This document shows positions 1 to 11,929 of a stretch of 64,000 nt of DNA, one piece after another (position 1 is the first letter of the stretch; every line of letters starts with the position of its first letter). A program made the position numbers and the translations under genes. This DNA is from Octopus vulgaris (Eukaryota). The notes under the pieces were generated by a model. That model was not told where the DNA came from, searched no databases, and saw only the letters and a list, made by a program, of their open reading frames with translations. Location of the stretch: the NCBI GenBank assembly GCA_951406725.2, contig OX597824.1, positions 56,234,001 to 56,298,000 of the forward strand, read 5' to 3'.

Positions 1-1113
1 TTAAAGGAAACTTATGAATCAATGGATAAAATTTTGTACTTGATTAAATATTCTGAGCACAAGTGGAATATATGCGGGGACTTGAAAGTTATTGGTTTGC
101 TTCTTGGGTTGCAAATGGGGTATATCAGTGCTTTTTGTGCTTTTGGAACAGCAGAGAAGACAAGCATCACTATGATCAGAAAGAATGTCCAAAGAGAAGT
201 GGTTTCACTCCAGGGAGATACAATGTTAAATATATCCCTTTAGTTGACCCTCAGAAAATTTATCTTCCTCCCTTACACATTAAACTTGGTTTGTTTAAGA
301 ATTTTGTTAAGGCCATGAATGAAGATTGTGAAGGATTTAAATATCTCAGTGAAAAATTTGTTTCTAGCAAGAGTGAAGCTAAGATCAAAGCTGGTGTTTT
401 TAATGGACCAGAAATTTGCACACTAATTTGTGATGAGCTTTTTCAAGAAAAATTGAGCCCAATAGAGAAAACTGCCTGGGAAAAGTTTGTTTCTATTGTA
501 AAAAATTTTGGAGGAAATGAAAAGTCATCTAACTACATTGCAATTGTGAATGACTTTTTGAAAGCTTGTAAGCAACTTGGGGCAAGAATGTCTCTAAAAA
601 TTCATTTTCTCCACTCTCATCTTGACTTTTTTCCACCCAATAGGGTGGTGTAAGTGATGAGCATAGTGAACAATTTCATCAAGAAATCAAAGAGCTAGAA
701 AGCCGCTACAGAGGCAGACTTACACCAAACATACTGATGGACTACTGCTGGTTTTTAAAACGAGAAACAGACATGCAACATAAGTGTAAAAGAAGACGCC
801 AAAGCTATTTTTGAAAAACATAAAATTAATGATATTCACTTCACACTTTTGTTTCATGTTTTATTGGTTTTAGAGCTACTTGTCCACCTAGTTATAATTG
901 TTCTTATACCAAATAACAGTAATTTATCCTTAACATAACATTCATGGATTTTCACATTATTGTAATTTTGATAGCAGTATAATAATGATAGCACAAAGAC
1001 ATGACACGCTAGAGCAAAAATGATTGCAGATTCTGAATCAGTGCTTTCAATTTACCTATAAGCACTAGTTTGTCTAATAGTAGCAAAAATTTTTTCACCA
1101 ATAATTATCGGTG
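1..1113 (+). mobile_element. 3' part of a decayed Chapaev3-like (CMC/RAG1-core-related) DNA transposon
   Basis: Frameshifted ORFs give WNICGDLKV, CFLCFWNSR, LPPLHIKLGL, KIHFLHSHLDFFP, then SDEHSEQFHQ; putative right end at GTG (1111-1113). Family assignment from recalled motifs. Confidence 0.7.
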
Positions 1114-1119
1114 ACAAAA

Positions 1120-2085
1120 AATATGAATGAGCCTCAAAGAAAACTTGTGTATGTAAAAATTAATAACAAACGGAAAGTTATAATTGGATACAGACAACAA
1201 CATCTCAATAATTAACACAGATACATGGAAAAGGATCAGGAGGCCTAAATTAAATGAAACCCTGAAAATTGCCCATGGTGTTGCAGGAAAAAATTATATT
1301 TAAGGGTGAATTAATTAATAACATTACATTTTGTGAAAAAAATCTTAAAAGCTAAAGCTTTTGCATTAAATAATACAACAAACTTACTGGGTACTGACTG
1401 GATGGAATTGTTTGATTTATGGGACCTCCCCATAAATCTGTTTTGTAAAAATGTGTATGGTTTTTCTTGCTGTACAAATAAGTTATCAGACGAATTGAAA
1501 AAAAATTTTTTGATATTATTTCTAAAGTTCTGTCTGATAAATTAGACAATAAACTGCAGCAAGACAAAGGTGCAGTTTCAAATAAAAGAAAACACCAATA
1601 TTTAAAGAAAAAATTAACTGTACTGTTCGCAGTGTTAAAACAGGTTAACTTAGAGTTAGAGAGACTAGAAAAATATTGGAGTTATCCAAAAAGTGGAATA
1701 TAGTGATTGGGCATCACCAACTGTGTTTGTTAAGAAAAAGAATTAAAAAATCAGTGTGCTGATTTTTTTCACTGGAATTGAACACTAAGCGTAAGAGACA
1801 TTAAAACTCAGAGCGGAGTTCAATTCATAAAAGAGAAGATAGGGGAGACTAATTCTAAAAAGGGGAGATGTTGTGGAAGGATTCCAACCCCTCCCCAAGT
1901 GACTAAATGTGAACTGACTCGTTATAAAACAAGAACTGTGAGCAACTGGCAGTTCACTGTGAGCCTTTGATATAGAGTGTTGAGTCTCATGTAATAGTAG
2001 TGTGTTGTGTATATACTCCCCCCACCTCCGCTTCACTATATTATATATCCAATACAAAGATATAAAATAGACGGAAACTAAAACA
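1120..2085 (+). mobile_element. Internally deleted Ty3/Gypsy remnant: protease, RT start, PPT and 3' LTR
   Basis: LDTDNNISII protease-like motif, NLLGTDWMELF and VEYSDWASPTVFVKKK; polypurine tract AAAAAGGGGAGA followed by TG at 1869; possible LTR end CA near 2085. Confidence 0.7.
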
Positions 2086-2109
2086 AGCCTGTTATATATA
2101 TATATATTT

Positions 2110-2325
2110 ATATGTGTCTTTGTACCTCCACCATCCTTTGACAACCAATGTTGGTGTTTTTACATCTCTATAACTTTGCAGTTCAGCATAAGAGATCAAT
2201 AGAATAAGTAATAGGCTTAAAAAGAATAAGTCCTGGGGTCAATTTCTTTGACTGAAAACTCTTTAAGGCGGTGCTTCAGCATGGCTGCAGTCAAATGACT
2301 GAAACAAATAAAAGAATGAAAGAAA
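2110..2325 (+). mobile_element. 3' half of the abundant tRNA-derived SINE
   Basis: Matches the 3' half of the full copy at 2884-3323 (gacaacc...agaataagt...ggggtc...cagtcaaatgactgaaacaa). Confidence 0.85.
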
Positions 2326-2883
2326 ACAAGTAAATACATAAATAAATGAATAAATAAATAAAACAATAAGTACATAGATAAATTATAAAAATATATTTGT
2401 GTGTGAACTTTGTATGTATGTATATGTGTTGATGTATGTATATGTAGCCTGTAGGCATGTGTCTGTGTCTTGCCTTTTGAACTTAAAACCCTCTACTACA
2501 TTATATGAGTTTATTTTTTAGTAACTTTTAACTCCTATTTTACTTATCTTTTCTTTTATCTGCTTGGCATTACCAACTTAGAATAGGGTCATAACTCACT
2601 TGCACTTTTCCAAACCTCCATGTCATCTTCAAGAATTAAATTAAAATACTTACCATCATAATACACTGTCTATATCCTCTTCTTTTCTTTAAACTCCCTT
2701 CTCTTCACTTCCTGATTTTTCTGTTTTTCTCACCCACCCACCAATCCAAGTCTGTTTATTCTTTTATTTACTTTTCTCATTTTTAAAAATTATTTCTCAA
2801 TTTATGTTTATCTTATTTCATTTCATATTAGATATTTTTATATATAAATATGTATATATGTTATATATATATATATATATATA

Positions 2884-3073
2884 TGCGCAGAAGTGGCTGT
2901 GTGGTAAGTAGCTTGATTACCAACCACATGGTTCCGGGTTCAGTCCCACTGCGTGGCACCTTGGGCAAGTGTCTTCTACTATAGCCTCGGGCTGACCAAA
3001 CTACTATAGCCTCGGGCTGACCAAAGCCTTGTGAGTGGATTTGGTAGACGGAAGCTGAAAGAAGCCTGTCGTA

Positions 3074-3118
<45 letters not shown>

Positions 3119-3323
3119 TTGTGTCTGTGTTTGTCCCCCTAGTATTACTTGACAACCGATGCTGGTGTGTTTATGTCCCCGTCACTTAGCGGTTCAGCAA
3201 AAGAGACCGATAGAATAAGTACTGGGCTTACAAAGAATAAGTCCCGGGTCGAGTTGCTCGATTAAAGGTGGTGCTCCAGCATGGCCGCAGTCAAATGACT
3301 GAAACAAGTAAAAGAGTAAAGAG
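2884..3323 (+). mobile_element. Full-length tRNA-derived SINE with internal (TA)n(TG)n tract
   Basis: A-box-like TGGCTGTGTGG, B-box-like GGTTCAGTCCC, (GTAAAAGA)n tail, 25-bp internal tandem duplication near 2976-3025; partial copies recur in the window. Confidence 0.9.
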
Positions 3324-3344
3324 TATATATATATATATTATATT

Positions 3345-5000
3345 AAATTAGAGATAAAACCACTATTAGGCAAATCAAACAATGAAAAACGTTGAGTTTC
3401 AGATGCCGAAGTGGAAATCCACAACACCATCTCTTCGGTTATCTGGCCATCTGAAAAACGCTATGAAAAAATACTGTTATATAAAGGGAAATTACTGTGT
3501 TATTAAAAGTTCATAGTAAACACGTAAACATGGCTACTCATACGTTCACATGTGCGCTCACAGACCCACGTGCGTACTTATACGTCACTATGAAAACGTA
3601 CACATCTTCACTCGCATTTTTCGCCAAATGTACATGCATATATATACAAACTCATACACACACGCGCGTAATGTAAAAGTTCATACATATGTCTATATAT
3701 GCACAAGCACAAGAAAAAACATGGTTAAAGGTAACAGAAAAAAAACATAAGGAAGTATACAAAGCATAAAAACCACGTTCATATACGGACATGCCCTTAT
3801 GCACTCATACACACACACGCCCATATATGTACATACCCGCACATGTTTATATACGCATACACACACATGCATACACAAAAAATGAATATACATATGCCCA
3901 ATAAAGACCAAAAAAATTGTAAAAATACTAAGTAAAAACGTCTATATATATAAGCATTCTTATGCCCGCACACACGCACACATCTAAAACTGCCCGCTCA
4001 TACATACTCATACACGTGTACAAATGAATCTATATACACGTCTATATAGGCACAGGAAAAAATGCAGGATGGAAGAGTACAGAAAAAATTATTATGTGTG
4101 AAAATATAAAAATATATGAAATAATAAAAGGTATAATGAGATAAAAAACTTTTTGGACATAATATAGAAAGCAAGTTCTATCTGTTTTCTTGAGGGGACC
4201 AAAAACGTAACAAAAATTTTGTCACATATGGGCATGATCCGAAAAGTTCTGTCCTTGAGTTTAGACATGTAGTAGGGTCTAAGCTGCTTTTCCAGATAAG
4301 CCATCTCTCCATGTCGCATAGACCGCACTTTCCGCTGCTGTTGGTGTAGGGCTTACATTTGGCCAAAATCTTCCAATGGATGTTATAATTGACACCTCTA
4401 TCTTTTAAAGACCAAAATTAGATAATTTTGTCGCTTTTCTTTTCTTCCAGTGCCTAAAACTCAAGGTGTGGTTATTGAACCTGGCCTTGAAATTACCCTC
4501 TGTAAGGCCCACATATTTCTTCGTCGAAACAGTGTCTTTAGTGGTTATAGAGTCCACGGTAGCTTCATAGATGATGGTCTCGGACATGCAAACTCCATTT
4601 AGCGGGCACAATTTTTTATTCCTGCATGAACAGCTGTTTTCTTGTTGTGGTTTTTGTATGTTATGTTTGATTATATTTTTTAAATTGGTAGTTGAACTAA
4701 AACTAATTTTTAAATTGTGTTTATTGAAGAGTTTCCTATAAGTATGGTTAACTGGAAAATGTCTATCTATCAGTGTTAAGAAATATTTACCTATATTGAA
4801 GGTCACCTCGGGTGAGTAAGGGGTTGTAAACCAGATGATCTTCCTATTTCTATTTTTCCTCTTCTTTACTGTTGGGCTAGTAACAGGTGTATATTTTATT
4901 TTTTTGCTAAAACCACTATCTTTTAATGCCTTATTATGAACTGAGGCAATGCTATTAAAAATGTCCTTATCGGAGGAAAGGCTAGAAACTGGTATATTAC
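3345..5000 (-). mobile_element. Penelope-like element (Naiad-like) 3' part: linker, GIY-YIG endonuclease, 3' terminal repeat
   Basis: RKIIWFTTPYS, CSCRNKKLCPLNGVC, IIYEA...KYVGLTEGNFKARFNNH, CGLCDME, LNSRTELFGSC; homologous to 42125-44205. Confidence 0.85.
3385..3443 (-). ncRNA. Degenerate hammerhead motif in the PLE terminal repeat
   Basis: Minus strand CCGAAGA-GATG...CATC-T-GAAA-CTC; core differs from CUGANGA at U4; paralogous to 42146-42208. Confidence 0.5.
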
Positions 5001-5187
5001 CTATATTTAACCATGGCCATACATATGCAAACATATTATGTTCATAAGTTATAGGTAAAGACAAGGATAAACATGGGTTTATCAAGAATCAAAATTTAAA
5101 GAAAACAGAAAATGGAGAAGTACTGATGAACAACAATTGACTTACATAAATTATTATTTATTCATTCAATGCAAATAGACTGCATCC

Positions 5188-5302
5188 TATCTAACAGCTG
5201 TTTCTGCTTCCAATGTTATATAGTATTGCCATTGATATGCAAAAGTATTAATCATATTTGGTAATAAAACCAATCTGAAACAAGGAGCTTCATCAGAGTG
5301 AA
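5188..5302 (-). ncRNA. Hammerhead-like motif with long loop-2 insert
   Basis: Minus strand CTGATGA-AGCTCC...GGAAGCA-GAAA-CAGCTG-TT; palindromic stem III ACAGCTGT; stem I weak. Confidence 0.55.
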
Positions 5303-5307
5303 GAATA

Positions 5308-5687
5308 CACTACCGTCAGAAATTAATTAGCACCCTTGATTTGCTCTTCACTCAAGGTATGTGCTGTCACCTAGTGGCCATATCTCGAACTATTGCTTTG
5401 TTGCGAGTTCACTGTTGCGCAGAACGATGACGTAACTTTGTTTGCAGAGCAGTTTGAGAGTCTACACCCTTATGATGTTGACATAGCAGTGCAACAACAA
5501 CTTGGAGTGCGGATGCAGACAAATCTTCCTTTGTTTAATAGATATAGGTAGCGCCTCGCAAGGACCGAAATCACACCATACTAAGTTTTCTCATCGCGTA
5601 AGACGTTTTGAACAGCTCATAGGTTAATTGATTTAACCTATTTAATGTAGAAATTTGAGAAGTGCTAATTAATTTCTGACGCATGTG
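5308..5687. mobile_element. Tc1/mariner-type MITE
   Basis: TIRs CACTACCGTCAGAAATTAATTAGCAC / GTGCTAATTAATTTCTGACGCATGTG, flanked by TA on both sides. Confidence 0.85.
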
Positions 5688-6107
5688 TAAATAAAGAACA
5701 GCATAGAGAAGAAAAAGGGTAAAGTTGAATATGGTTGTAATCATACCATTTTGCTTGTGCGTCTCTTTGGGCAGTTAAGTAAAAAACTAAGACAAAATAG
5801 CAGCTGGTGGATTAATCCTTTGTACTGGTTGAGTGGGGAGTAGGATGGATAAATAATGAAAAAACAAAAATAATTGTGGGATATGCCAATAGGTTTTAGT
5901 CAGAGAAGGGGTGTAGATACAGTAAGGTTTTATATTAATCATAATAATTTACAAAAGTTATGTTTGTAGTATTAATTAATAATATTAATCATAATGAAGT
6001 TCTAATCAGTTAAATGCAATTTATTTATGAAATATAACATGTCTTGAATGGCACAACAATGCAGAGTGGATGATAATAACTATTATGATTTAATTATTCA
6101 TAGTCTG

Positions 6108-6147
6108 ATATAATATTTCAGAATATGAGAATTCCTTCTTCAGATAT
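6108..6147 (-). ncRNA. Minimal type I hammerhead motif
   Basis: Minus strand ATAT-CTGAAGA-A-GGAAT(TCTCAT)ATTCT-GAAA-TA-TT-ATAT; lies 3' of the PLE at 6780-7435. Confidence 0.65.
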
Positions 6148-6381
6148 TGCCAGGAATTGATCGAGTCACTGCTATAATCGAATTATAACTGTTAGATACT
6201 TTGTCTAGCTTGCGAAACAAACATAAAAACGCACACATAAAAATTACCTGTATATCTATATAAATACAAACATACTTACAAATACACACACATATAGATA
6301 CGCATACAAATATGTGAAAAATATATACGCAAATACATGCCCACATATATAAAAATATATACACATATATATATAAATATT

Positions 6382-6412
<31 letters not shown>

Positions 6413-6779
6413 GCACATATATACACATACCTACAATACATACAAACACATGAATATATAGACATATCTTCACATCAAGATAAATATACACATCATAACG
6501 TATATACGCAAACAATTTAAAAGACGGCCTGATGTATATAATATTAAAATGTTAAAATAAGGAAATTGTTCATTAATTTGATATAACATAATTAAATGTG
6601 TGTGTAAACAATAAAAATAGACCTTGGCGAAGCTTAAGCTTAAATTTGTAAAACAGCCAAGGCTTTCTTAAAAGTGAAGTTGAAATATGCACTAGCATTA
6701 TAATACAAAATAACTGTGATGTGTAAAGTCAAATTTAAAAGCAACAGTCAAAATTTTCTGAAAGTCAAGATATTTTACC

Positions 6780-7435
6780 CATATGGTATTTTATTAGTTA
6801 ACATTTTTAACTTCATGGCATGCCTGCAGGAATTTAGGAGCTCACATCTCTGGTTCAAAGCATGTTTATCCTGGAACAGGACAAAGAACTTTTATGAGAG
6901 GCAAAGATTAAATTTCATTGGTCTTTTATAAGCTCCATGACTGTATGATGATGCTTTTTCTAGAATTTCCCAGGTCACATTGAAAGGACAGGTGCCATTC
7001 TTTATCAACTTAGACATGTTTTGCAAGACTAGTTGCTGTCCTATTCTTGGGGTATCAGAAAGAATTTTGGTGGGAATAGAATTGAGTCTTGAATGAATTT
7101 TCTGAAGCCTCTGTATATGTTTTATATTCTTGTGAGCTATCTACTTGCACTTTAGCTCTATAAACAATTCCTTTTTCAAGACATTTTCTTTCCAATGGAC
7201 AGCAAGCCATATCTTTGAAGTTGCAGTTCCTCACATTAGCTTTGGCACTGTAGTTGTTTGTAGTAATTTTCATGTTATGCTGGTTAATAAAAGAGGCAAA
7301 GTTTTTGCAAATATTAAATATTCTATAGAACTTATGGCTAGATTGAAAATGTTTAGAAACTAATTTTAAGAATTCCATACCTATATTAGTTTTTACGGCA
7401 GTATTAAATGCAGAGTTAAACCACAAAACTTTCCT
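6780..7435 (-). mobile_element. Penelope-like (Naiad-like) GIY-YIG fragment, second family
   Basis: RKVLWFNSAF, CNFKDMACCPLERKCLEKGIVYRAKV, FKTQFYSHQNSF; contains stops. Confidence 0.8.
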
Positions 7436-7441
7436 ATATAA

Positions 7442-7473
<32 letters not shown>

Positions 7474-8349
7474 CTATGTACACTCTCATACTTAGATGCG
7501 CATTCACATACAGCATCCGTCCACACAAGTACACACCCATCTATGTACCCGAATAATTGTAATATATATTTTATTGCTATATTAACACATACATGGGTAT
7601 TTACATATGCTAGTTTCAACAAATAATCCCCCATGCAAGTATTAATACACATAGTCACAAAAATAACAATATTAATAGCACGTAGATAAGTGTTGACTGC
7701 AAAATAAAGATCAAGCAAATACATAACTAAAAGAGGGTGTGGGGTGTCAAGTTAGTATTAAAGTGTTAAATAAATATTTCATTATGGGGGTGGGTGTAGT
7801 GAAATGTATAAATCCAATAGGGGGTCTTCATTCAATAGAAATAGACCAATGCTGACTTAGAGTGGTCTAGAATAAACTAAAGTGAAACAAGCAAACAATG
7901 AGTATGGGATGGTAAAGTATGTTACAAATACAAATTCATTATTAAGGTGGGGGATCAAGATACTATTAAAGTAGGGGAATGGATACTTGTGCACTCTATA
8001 GTCTAAATTTATGCTAAGAGTTAAGAGAACTGGCATTATATGGTTATAAGAGAGTGTAAAGGTTGTTTTGAGGAGGAGTAAAATGATGCAATGTAATATA
8101 ATTTAGTTATGTATGGGAGAAGGGTCTTAAAACTCAGGTTAGTTTAAGGGTATTAATGCTGGGTTACCTAAAAGGGGCCTGGGTAAGTAAATCTGTTAAC
8201 CAAACTTAATTACAAGTAGTTTATGCCAACATTAGGAATCGAATTCTACTATTTCTATGGTGAAGAACTATGGGTGCCATTAATGGAGAAGATGCCTACT
8301 AGATACCTACAAATATTTATATCTAGAGAAGGCAAATTTATCCTTGTGC

Positions 8350-8720
8350 AGGCAGGCAAATTAAAATCTAAAAAAGGAATAATAGTGCATTCAGACAAAA
8401 CCAGAAACACTTACAATATGGATATAAATACTTATTATGAACTCATCCACAGAGAAATCACAAAAAAATATAAAGTAGTTCCTAGAAGCACTCTTAAAAC
8501 AATCAACTTAGACACTAAGAAAATTATGACTGATTACAATATAGATGATAGATCAGAACCTTTTACACCTATTAGACTTTGTATTACAATTAAGGACCAT
8601 AAGGCTAACTTCTTAAGTAACACCCAAGTTAGATTAATGTGCCCCAATAAATCAGATTTAGGAAAACTCAGCAAAGCAATTTTAGATAAGTACTTAGGAC
8701 AAAAATTAAACTTGAATTAT
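8350..8720 (+). mobile_element. Penelope-like (Naiad-like) RT N-terminal fragment
   Basis: HSDKTRNTY, ITIKDHKANF, VRLMCPNKSDLGKLSKAILDK. Confidence 0.75.
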
Positions 8721-8846
8721 AGACTAATACCCAAAATGCAATTTTCCAAGAATTTTACATTTCAGTTAACACTACCACCATCACCGTTATTGTTGTTGTT
8801 GCTGTTGCTGGTAATAGCAGCAGTACTTATTATTATTATTATTATT

Positions 8847-9055
8847 CAGTAGTTTTATTTTTATAGCGTGCTTTCACTTCACTACCGAGCGCAGCTCTGT
8901 GTGCCTTGGGTATGTGCTGTGATTTGTTGTGATGCTCTGATGGTTATTGTATGGAAAGTGTTCTGCGTAGGATGTGTGCAGTGCCTAGTAGTGCAATTTT
9001 CTGTATGTTATATGTGTTTGTAAGTCCTGGTGTTTTTGTTATGTATTTGTCTGAA

Positions 9056-9056
<1 letters not shown>
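8847..9056 (-). mobile_element. 3' end of an R4/Dong-clade non-LTR retrotransposon in a (TAA)n tract
   Basis: Minus strand YNIQKIALLGTAHILRRTLS, a typical R4/Dong C-terminus; (TTA)n on both sides. Confidence 0.75.
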
Positions 9057-9091
<35 letters not shown>

Positions 9092-9189
9092 CATCATCAT
9101 TACAACTATCACCATTACTGTAACTATTATTATCATTGTCCATTTAAAACAGGTTTGAATTTATCGATGCTTTGGCAATACTAAAGCTA

Positions 9190-9660
9190 TTTTGGTGACA
9201 CAGATTGTGTGTCACTATAAATGCTATGACCTGCTTTTGTTTTCCCCTTTCTTGAGTGGCCCTAAGTTGTTGTATGGGTGTTTCTATAGCATGGTGTATA
9301 CCATTTTCTATAAGTAGAGACAGGTGGATTTTTTTTTTTTTAGTAATTTTTGGAGTTTTGTTAGGCATCTGTCTTTGGTTTTAACATCCTACACAATGGT
9401 ACAAATTTTTCTGGCTAGGCAGTATGGGATATTACGTTTTGTATGTGTTGGATGGCATGATTTAAAGTTCAGGTATTGATGTATGTCTGTGTGTTTATAG
9501 TTTATATCAGTAGTGATGGTGGTGTCACTTTTAATTACCATTATGCCTACAAACGGTAATTTGGAACTATACATCTCGTTTGCATATTGGAGCGTTGGGT
9601 GTAGGTTGTTCAAGAGAATGTTAAATTCTTCCTGAGTATCTAGAGATTTTATCCAGATTA
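9190..9660 (-). mobile_element. Penelope-like (Neptune-like) RT thumb fragment
   Basis: LNNLHPTLQY...YKHTDIHQYLNFKSCHPTHTKRNIPYCLARKICTIV; similar to ORF 29794-30795. Confidence 0.85.
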
Positions 9661-10084
9661 TGCACACACACACACATGTGTATATGTTTATGCATTTATT
9701 TATTGTTTTTATTCATTTATTTACTTGTATACCCCTATTTTCATCCTGTTTAGTACTATGTCGGTTAGTCTTTTCTGTCTTCCTCTTTTTTCTCTCGATC
9801 ACATTCTCTTTCTTCCTTTTTTCTTTCCACCACTAGCTTGCTCACTTTCTACTTCCTTCTCTAAATACTTAGAAATTACCTCATCTTGAATCTAACTTCA
9901 GATATTTCAATATCTGTAACAGAATGCAATAAAGTGTTCCTTAGATGATTCATTGCAGATGATCCAGATGCACTTGAAATATCCAATGCTGTGTTCCAGT
10001 TAACTACAATGGTGAAACATATGTAGGATCTAAATGTTTATACTGGTGGTTATCTTAATTTGCACTGTATATATATATATCATG

Positions 10085-11025
10085 TATTGTCTTTACAAAC
10101 AAAATATTGTGTTGAATCAAAAATTTTGCAATATTTTTTATAACTTATTTGCTTTATTTGTCAAGTTACAACAAAAGCAGCCTAACATTCAAAGTAGAGG
10201 CCATCATGTTGTGCTGTCTGAAGCCACCTTTTTGTCAGTTCTTTGTTCCCATGCTGAAACCAGTTCTTGTCTAAGGCAAAGAACTCATTCACTGCAGCTT
10301 CCTCCTCATTTTGGTTGATGAACCATTGCAAATGCAAGAAGTGAGCCATGGATCAGAACAAGTAATAATCTGAGGGAGCTAGGTCTGAACTATACGCTAG
10401 TTGTGGCATATAGTCCAGACCTAGCTCCCTTGGATTATTACTTGTTCTGAGCCTTGGCTCATTAGGTGTGGCATCAGTTCAATTCCCTCAAGTTCCAGGA
10501 GTTTATTCTAGGTTGTTTGAGTGGTATGAGCTTGTTTTGTGTTAACCAATGCAGGGTATTTTTGTGGTATACTGGCATACATCCACTCCAGTTGTTTGGA
10601 ATATAGTTTGGCATCAATGGTTTGACTGTCCAGAACAAATTCATAGTGAATTATCCCCTTGTAATTCCACCAGATGCAGAGCATCACCTTGTGTTCGAAA
10701 TGCCTGTTTGGCAACATGTTTTGGAAGATGTCCCTTGGTTAACCACTGCTTATACATGTTAGGATTGTGGAAAAATATTTCCTTTGTTATTACTTGTTCC
10801 AATCCATGGTTCACTTTCTGTGCTTAAGGAGTTCTTTGCTTTGAAGAAAAAGAACTGGTATTAATGTAAGATTAAAGAATTGGCAGAAAGGTGGCTTCAG
10901 ATGATACAACACAATGGCCTCTACTTTGAATGCTAGAATGCTTTTGTCATAACTTGACAGATAAAGGCAAGAAATTACCAAAATATTACTAAATTTTGAC
11001 TCAACACAAAACATTTTGTTACTGC
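10085..11025. mobile_element. Rearranged mariner remnant with two outward-facing 3' ends
   Basis: KVMLCIWWNYKGIIHYEF on -; YSPDLAP-coding segment on both strands; 3' end GGCCTCTACTTTGAATG on both strands. Confidence 0.75.
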
Positions 11026-11080
11026 AGAATCAGCTAAAAGAGAATGCCTGCAACAATATAAGTGACTTTTTATATTCCAG

Positions 11081-11175
11081 AGTATCTTTCAACGAATTCA
11101 TAATAATTTTGTGACTCTTTTAAGACAACAATTACTGGTACTGAATGTCACAAATGATGGTGGACCACAGAATGG
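11081..11175 (+). CDS. VPS54: VPS54 (GARP complex subunit) penultimate coding exon, phase 0 to 2
   Basis: Acceptor tgactttttatattccAG, donor GG|GTATGT; SIFQRIHNNFVTLLRHKLLVLNVTNDGGPQNG matches the recalled vertebrate VPS54 C-terminus (LNVINDGGPQNG). Confidence 0.9.
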
Positions 11176-11659
11176 GTATGTTTATAATTTTATTAATATA
11201 TAACATATGCACTTTAAATTTTCCATTTATCTACTTGTATTAGTATTCAACCCTCTTTCTTTCCCTCTCTTTCAACCTCTTGTGCTAAAATACTGTTTCT
11301 ATCATTTTGCAATCTTCACACATCCATCCTGGTTCTTCTATCATTGCTTTCTCTTTTGTTCACCTCATCATAGGTTAGTAAGGATACTTTAGTCTTATGG
11401 GATATAAATCAACCTTACACGATAAAATACCTCCAGGACACTGTAACACTGTTAATAAATGAACAAAGTCATTCTAGAGTTGAAAAGACTCTTTAGTCTA
11501 GTTGACAACTCTACTATGTGTGTGTGTGTGTACATACATACATACACATATAACAGTTCATATATTGCTTTCATTTATGTTCGAAAAAAAAGAGAGTACT
11601 TGTAAAACTTTTTCATTATGTCAAATCATAAAGTAGCTAATAAAAGAAGTACATTTACG

Positions 11660-11835
11660 TGAAAGCACCCACTACACTCACGGAGTGGTTGGCGTTAGGA
11701 AGGGCATCCAGCCGTAGAAACACTGCCAGATCTGACTGGGCCTGATGAAGCCTTCCGGCTTCACAGACCCCAGGTGAACCGTCCAACCCATGCTAGCATG
11801 GAAAACGGACGCTAAACGATGATGATGATGATGAT
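11660..11835 (+). mobile_element. RTE LINE 3' UTR/tail fragment ending in (GAT)n
   Basis: Same sequence as the tail of the RTE copy at 23610-23780. Confidence 0.85.
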
Positions 11836-11929
11836 ACTTGCATGTGTTTTATAAATCTGTGTATATATATGTATGTAGATACATACACATATATGTATAT
11901 ATATGTGTGTGTATGTATCTTCCCTAACT

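Noticed and set aside
4178-5085. Selenocysteine-recoded Naiad ORF
   Set aside because: The conserved Cys codons I checked are normal TGT/TGC; no in-frame TGA at Cys sites and no SECIS identified.
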